A DNA stretch of 64,000 bases from Microthyrium microscopicum (Eukaryota), in the NCBI GenBank assembly GCA_010405405.1, contig MU004232.1:1197481-1261480 (forward strand). The letters run 5' to 3'. Both the position numbers and the translations under genes were made by a program. Shown here piece after piece: positions 60,506 through 64,000 of this stretch. Each line of letters begins with the position of its first letter. Position 1 is the stretch's first letter. The notes under the pieces were generated by a model that was not told where the DNA came from, did not search any database, and worked only from the letters and a program-made list of their open reading frames with translations.

Positions 60506-60717
60506 AATGGTAATCAGCATCGCGTGAATAGCACCAGGTCCAAGATAATTTGTAAATAAAGAACCAAAAGGTTATACTGAGTGTGTACTATCAGCGCTAA
60601 ATAGCATTCAATTCATAACCTTCCCTCAAACGGAAATCCCGTGCCAATATCTCTTACCTAGGAGCTTATACTCTACTTCAATACTCAAGCACGTTGTAGA
60701 CCAAACAAACGAGTGTC

Positions 60718-61807
60718 CTATTGTTCTTTCGAGATCCTACATATTATGGGATGCGTGGACCTTGGATCATCTCTGGAATATTCACCTTTCTCCAGATCCT
60801 CTATCAGCCAGCCAGCAATTTGTTTTGCCAGAATCGTACCACGATAGTCAGAACCTCCAACCAGGCCTACATATAAGTCATCTGTGCTCCAAGGTTTTTC
60901 AGTGACTTTCTCAGAATATAGGTCCGGATGGAGCAATTTCTGGAAAGAATTCAGTTCGTAAGGCAGATCGTAATATCTCTCGGCAAAGCGACAGAGGGTC
61001 CATTCAATAGAATTGGATGTGCCCAAGTTGCGCAGAACATCGTAAATCTCCTGAAGGGCGCCTAGCCAAGTTTTCAATTTCAATATTCGTTTGTGCCCTC
61101 TCCACCATCCTAAGTTGTCTCCCGTAAGCTCACACAGATAGAGGTGGCTCTCAACATAGAGCCGCGAGACGTTGGCCTTCGCCATGGCTCGGCAAAGCCG
61201 CCGGTAAAAGTCAACATGTTCTTCGCGTTGCATTGCCTGTATACGCGCCTCGACTGGCGTGTCAAGATAGCTGTCCGTCAGGATTCTTTGTCTCCAATTG
61301 TATGGACAGATGAACGATATAACCACATCTTGGCCAGTTAAAGCATTCCGAAGTGACTCTTCGTCCTGGTAACCACCTGTAATCAACTAATAGAGAAGTC
61401 AGCATCGTGAATCTCACGTCACTCCACAGTAAACGTGCTCACCTGGTCATTTGGCTCATTCTTGAAAGTTGTTATCGATGGGTTTTCGGCGTGCCGCGCG
61501 TAGACTGTGACAGCATGGCCCTTATATAGAGCGTGGGAAATGGTGTTTTCAACATGATCGCCTGTCCAGAAATCCATCACAAAAATGATAACCTTCTTCT
61601 GCTCTGAAAACCTGATTAGCAAGGTACAAACAGTTTTCAGTTCAGCACATCCAACTCACTCCATGGTTTCTCTGAAATGGACTTGTCTTTCTCCTTTACC
61701 TTCGACTCGAAGCTACCATATCCTTCCTGCATGGACAAGGAGCCGCTCTTGCATAATGGAGTTGACTCGGAGCCTTTGCCTTTGCTTTCCGATGTTGATT
61801 GACTCAT
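60718..61807 (-). CDS. Divergent NAD(P)-binding Rossmann-fold protein (BVR-B-like)
   Basis: 'KVIIF..TG..ALYKGHAVTVYARH', 'LRNALTGQDVVISFI', 'AMAKANVSRL' and 'IEWTLCR'. Two predicted introns; the start at 61807 is tentative. Confidence 0.65.
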
Positions 61808-61970
61808 GTCGTGGTGGTCTTTCAAATATTGCTGTACTGAAACTTGATGCCAGTTTGATGTCGAGTGAAGCAGAGTGATAAGAGGGAGTGGGGGCATACC
61901 TACAGGTATATTGCATAAGAGAAAGGAGTAAGTGCGCTCAGTTGAAAGCAGTTTGATGGTCGCACTAGTA

Positions 61971-62189
61971 GCGTTCAACCGGGCGACAGAATAAATGGCG
62001 CTCCCATCAGCCTCTTTGGCGCCCAGACGCTACGCTCTTTGATCGAGTTATTTTTTGCCATAAAGGATATCCGATTCGAATGCTTCATCGAATGCAATGG
62101 GAAGCATGGCACCTTTTGCTTAAGAGCGTTGGTGGTAGCCATCAGAGTTGATGGGAGAACGCCATTTGTTTTGCCATGCCATTAGCGTT
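61971..62189 (-). mobile_element. MITE family B copy, inverted relative to 46478
   Basis: AATAAATGGCGCTCCCATCAGCCTCTTTGGCGCCCAGACGCTACG ... GGTAGCCATCAGAGTTGATGGGAGAACGCCATTTGTTTTGCCATGCC. Confidence 0.85.
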
Positions 62190-62450
62190 ATACCGTACTT
62201 GAGTAGAAGTGATAGCGAGATGCGATCCCTCAGTTGCTCCAGAACTAATTGCTTCACTCATCCTATGAAAACAAGCATCTCTTGGCTCCATTCGCCTTCA
62301 AAATAATCCGAGTTTCATGCCATGTCCATGCTATTCAGGTCAAAACCGTAATATATACACCCCGCTATGCAAAATATGCTCAACAAAAACACAATATACA
62401 GTGTCCATGAAACACCCACCAATGTTATACCCACCGTGATCCATCGCTGT

Positions 62451-63119
62451 CTACCCAGGGCTAAGCGGCCTATTGAATCCACCCGTCCGATTCATGTACT
62501 GGCGATACTCCGTCTTGACCTCCTTGCGTACTGCATAGTTTCTATCGTTGCCTGGGACCTTTGTGTTCTTCGTCGTCCTAAAGTCTCCGAAACCCATGAC
62601 TTTTCTAAGCATCGCGTCCTCGTCTTCCTCATCTACTCCATTCTCCATTTTCACATCGGATACTTTAGCGTCGCCGTTTGCCTTGCCTTTGGGGCCGGTC
62701 GGTGCGCCTTTGACGCTGGGTGTAGTACCGTTCGTCTTGCTGCGTGGGCCACGATCTCGTTCCCGGTCATTGCGGTTATTTCGTATGGGCGATCGCGTGC
62801 GGACGGCACCACTTGTTCGACGTGGAGATCGTGACCGTGCGCGGGAATCATCTGCGGATTTGTTAGTCTGCGTGTTGCCTAGCGTTGAACGATAGTGCGT
62901 ACGTCGCTTGTCCCGATGGCCCTCCCGTCTTGCTGGCCGCGCCTCATCATCTACCTCATCACGCGCCTTGCGCTTTGTGTTTTCGCGATCGCGATGCCTT
63001 GGTGGAGACCGCGAACGAGAGCGTCTTCGTGATTCCGGTTTGCGGTCGTGTCGGGAGGAGGTTTTGGTGTTGTCGTGGATGTCTGGGCGAGGAGCGCGCT
63101 TAACGGCTGTTTCAGCCAT
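62451..63119 (-). CDS. SNRNP27: U4/U6.U5 tri-snRNP 27 kDa protein (DUF1777)
   Basis: RS-rich N-terminus and MGFGDFRTTKNTKVPGN..EYRQYMNRTGGFNRPLSP. Probable intron 62902-62852. Confidence 0.93.
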   Translation of the reverse strand: MAETAVKRAPRPDIHDNTKTSSRHDRKPESRRRSRSRSPPRHRDRENTKRKARDEVDDEARPARREGHRDKRRTHYRSTLGNTQTNKSADDSRARSRSPRRTSGAVRTRSPIRNNRNDRERDRGPRSKTNGTTPSVKGAPTGPKGKANGDAKVSDVKMENGVDEEDEDAMLRKVMGFGDFRTTKNTKVPGNDRNYAVRKEVKTEYRQYMNRTGGFNRPLSPG

Positions 63120-63553
63120 GACGCTGAGCGGTGGTAAATGCGATGTGCCTCAGCGAATATATAGATAGGCAACAAGGCGAAAGTGCTGGTAATGGAGCAG
63201 TGTCCTGTGGCTGAGCGGTCGAGGATGGAGATGAGGCGACAGACAATTCTGATGGTTTGGTGAAGAGGGTGACGTCGTTGGAGATGGATCTATGAGTCTG
63301 AGGAGGAAGGAATCAGGATGTAAATGTTAGAAGGTGTGTTGTAGGCTGGAGGTGATTACAAGGTCAAAAAGATTGCAGCCGTGGTTCAGACGTGAAGTTG
63401 GCCAGAAAAAGCGCAGGCACGTGATGACACAGCAGGCTCCTATATAAAATTCTTGAGATCACTCCACCAAAATGAAAACACAATCTGATGAAGTGATTTA
63501 TAGAATAAGAACAAGAAGGGTCATGAGAACAATGTAGGATATACTAGCTGATA

Positions 63554-64000
63554 TCAGATCTCATCCTCCTCCTCATCAAAATCATCCTCCGCACCCATAT
63601 CATACAAAATCCGCCCTCCCAACCCACCACCCTCCTTCTGCGCATCAAAATACGGCAACACAACCTTCTCCCTATCCCGTCTCTGCTCCTCCGTAAGCCC
63701 CAAATTAAACGTCGAATCCATCCCCTCGCCTTCCTCCCGGCCATTATCCAACGCAGGTTTTGGATACGCAGCGTGATCTTCTAGCAATACCACATCTTCA
63801 CTCCTTCCCCGTAAATCCCCCATTGCTCGTAACTCTCCATCGCCAGTAGCAGTAGTAGTAGCCACAACAAACCACTCAACAACACTCCTCCCGCTCTTCC
63901 GCCTCTGCTCCATCTCCACCACCACATTGACCGCACTATTACTCCCCGCACTAACCACCACCCCATCCACGCCCGTCTCCAGCCCAAACGCTGGTTCCGC
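63554..64000 (-). CDS. ELP5: Elongator complex subunit Elp5/Iki1 (3' part; continues beyond the window)
   Basis: RRKSGR, STFNLGLTEEQRRDREKVVLPYFDAQ, GGRILYDMG.EDDFDEEEDEI. Confidence 0.9.
   Translation of the reverse strand, partial: AEPAFGLETGVDGVVVSAGSNSAVNVVVEMEQRRKSGRSVVEWFVVATTTATGDGELRAMGDLRGRSEDVVLLEDHAAYPKPALDNGREEGEGMDSTFNLGLTEEQRRDREKVVLPYFDAQKEGGGLGGRILYDMGAEDDFDEEEDEI

Noticed and set aside
13188..64000. ELP4 and ELP5 in the same window as an Elongator gene cluster
   Set aside because: They are about 49 kb apart with many unrelated genes between them; linkage alone does not show co-regulation.
1..64000. CRISPR arrays, rRNA, tRNA or autonomous transposons
   Set aside because: No spaced direct-repeat arrays, rRNA motifs, cloverleaf/TΨC signatures or RT/transposase ORFs were seen by eye. 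tRNAscan-SE and Infernal would be needed to exclude small RNAs.

Overview
Gene-dense, intron-containing DNA from a filamentous ascomycete; short GT-AG introns with CTRAC branch points and RIP-like AT-rich relics suggest Pezizomycotina (inference). About 30 protein-coding genes are supported, mostly housekeeping: MCM6, Pol delta subunit 4, RPB8, ELP4, partial ELP5, a Rab GTPase, RPL9, a glutaredoxin, NDUFB11, RNase H2C, SEC16, NEO1 and SNRNP27. There is also a Raf1/DIM-9-like WD40 heterochromatin factor, and accessory enzymes (GMC oxidoreductase, O-methyltransferase, FAD-linked oxidase, a secreted PHM-like copper-motif protein). No rRNA, tRNA or CRISPR was seen. Main observations: (1) a TA-targeting MITE-like element sits exactly in the TAG stop codon of the O-methyltransferase and adds a 27-aa tail; (2) two further MITE families occur in several copies, one with apparent 5-bp TSDs; (3) the Raf1/DIM-9 homologue has a GATA-type zinc finger and a RIP-like relic abutting its predicted start; (4) repeated abrupt C-rich to G-rich skew flips lie inside genes. 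Exon boundaries were read by eye, and family assignments come from recognised motifs, not database searches.
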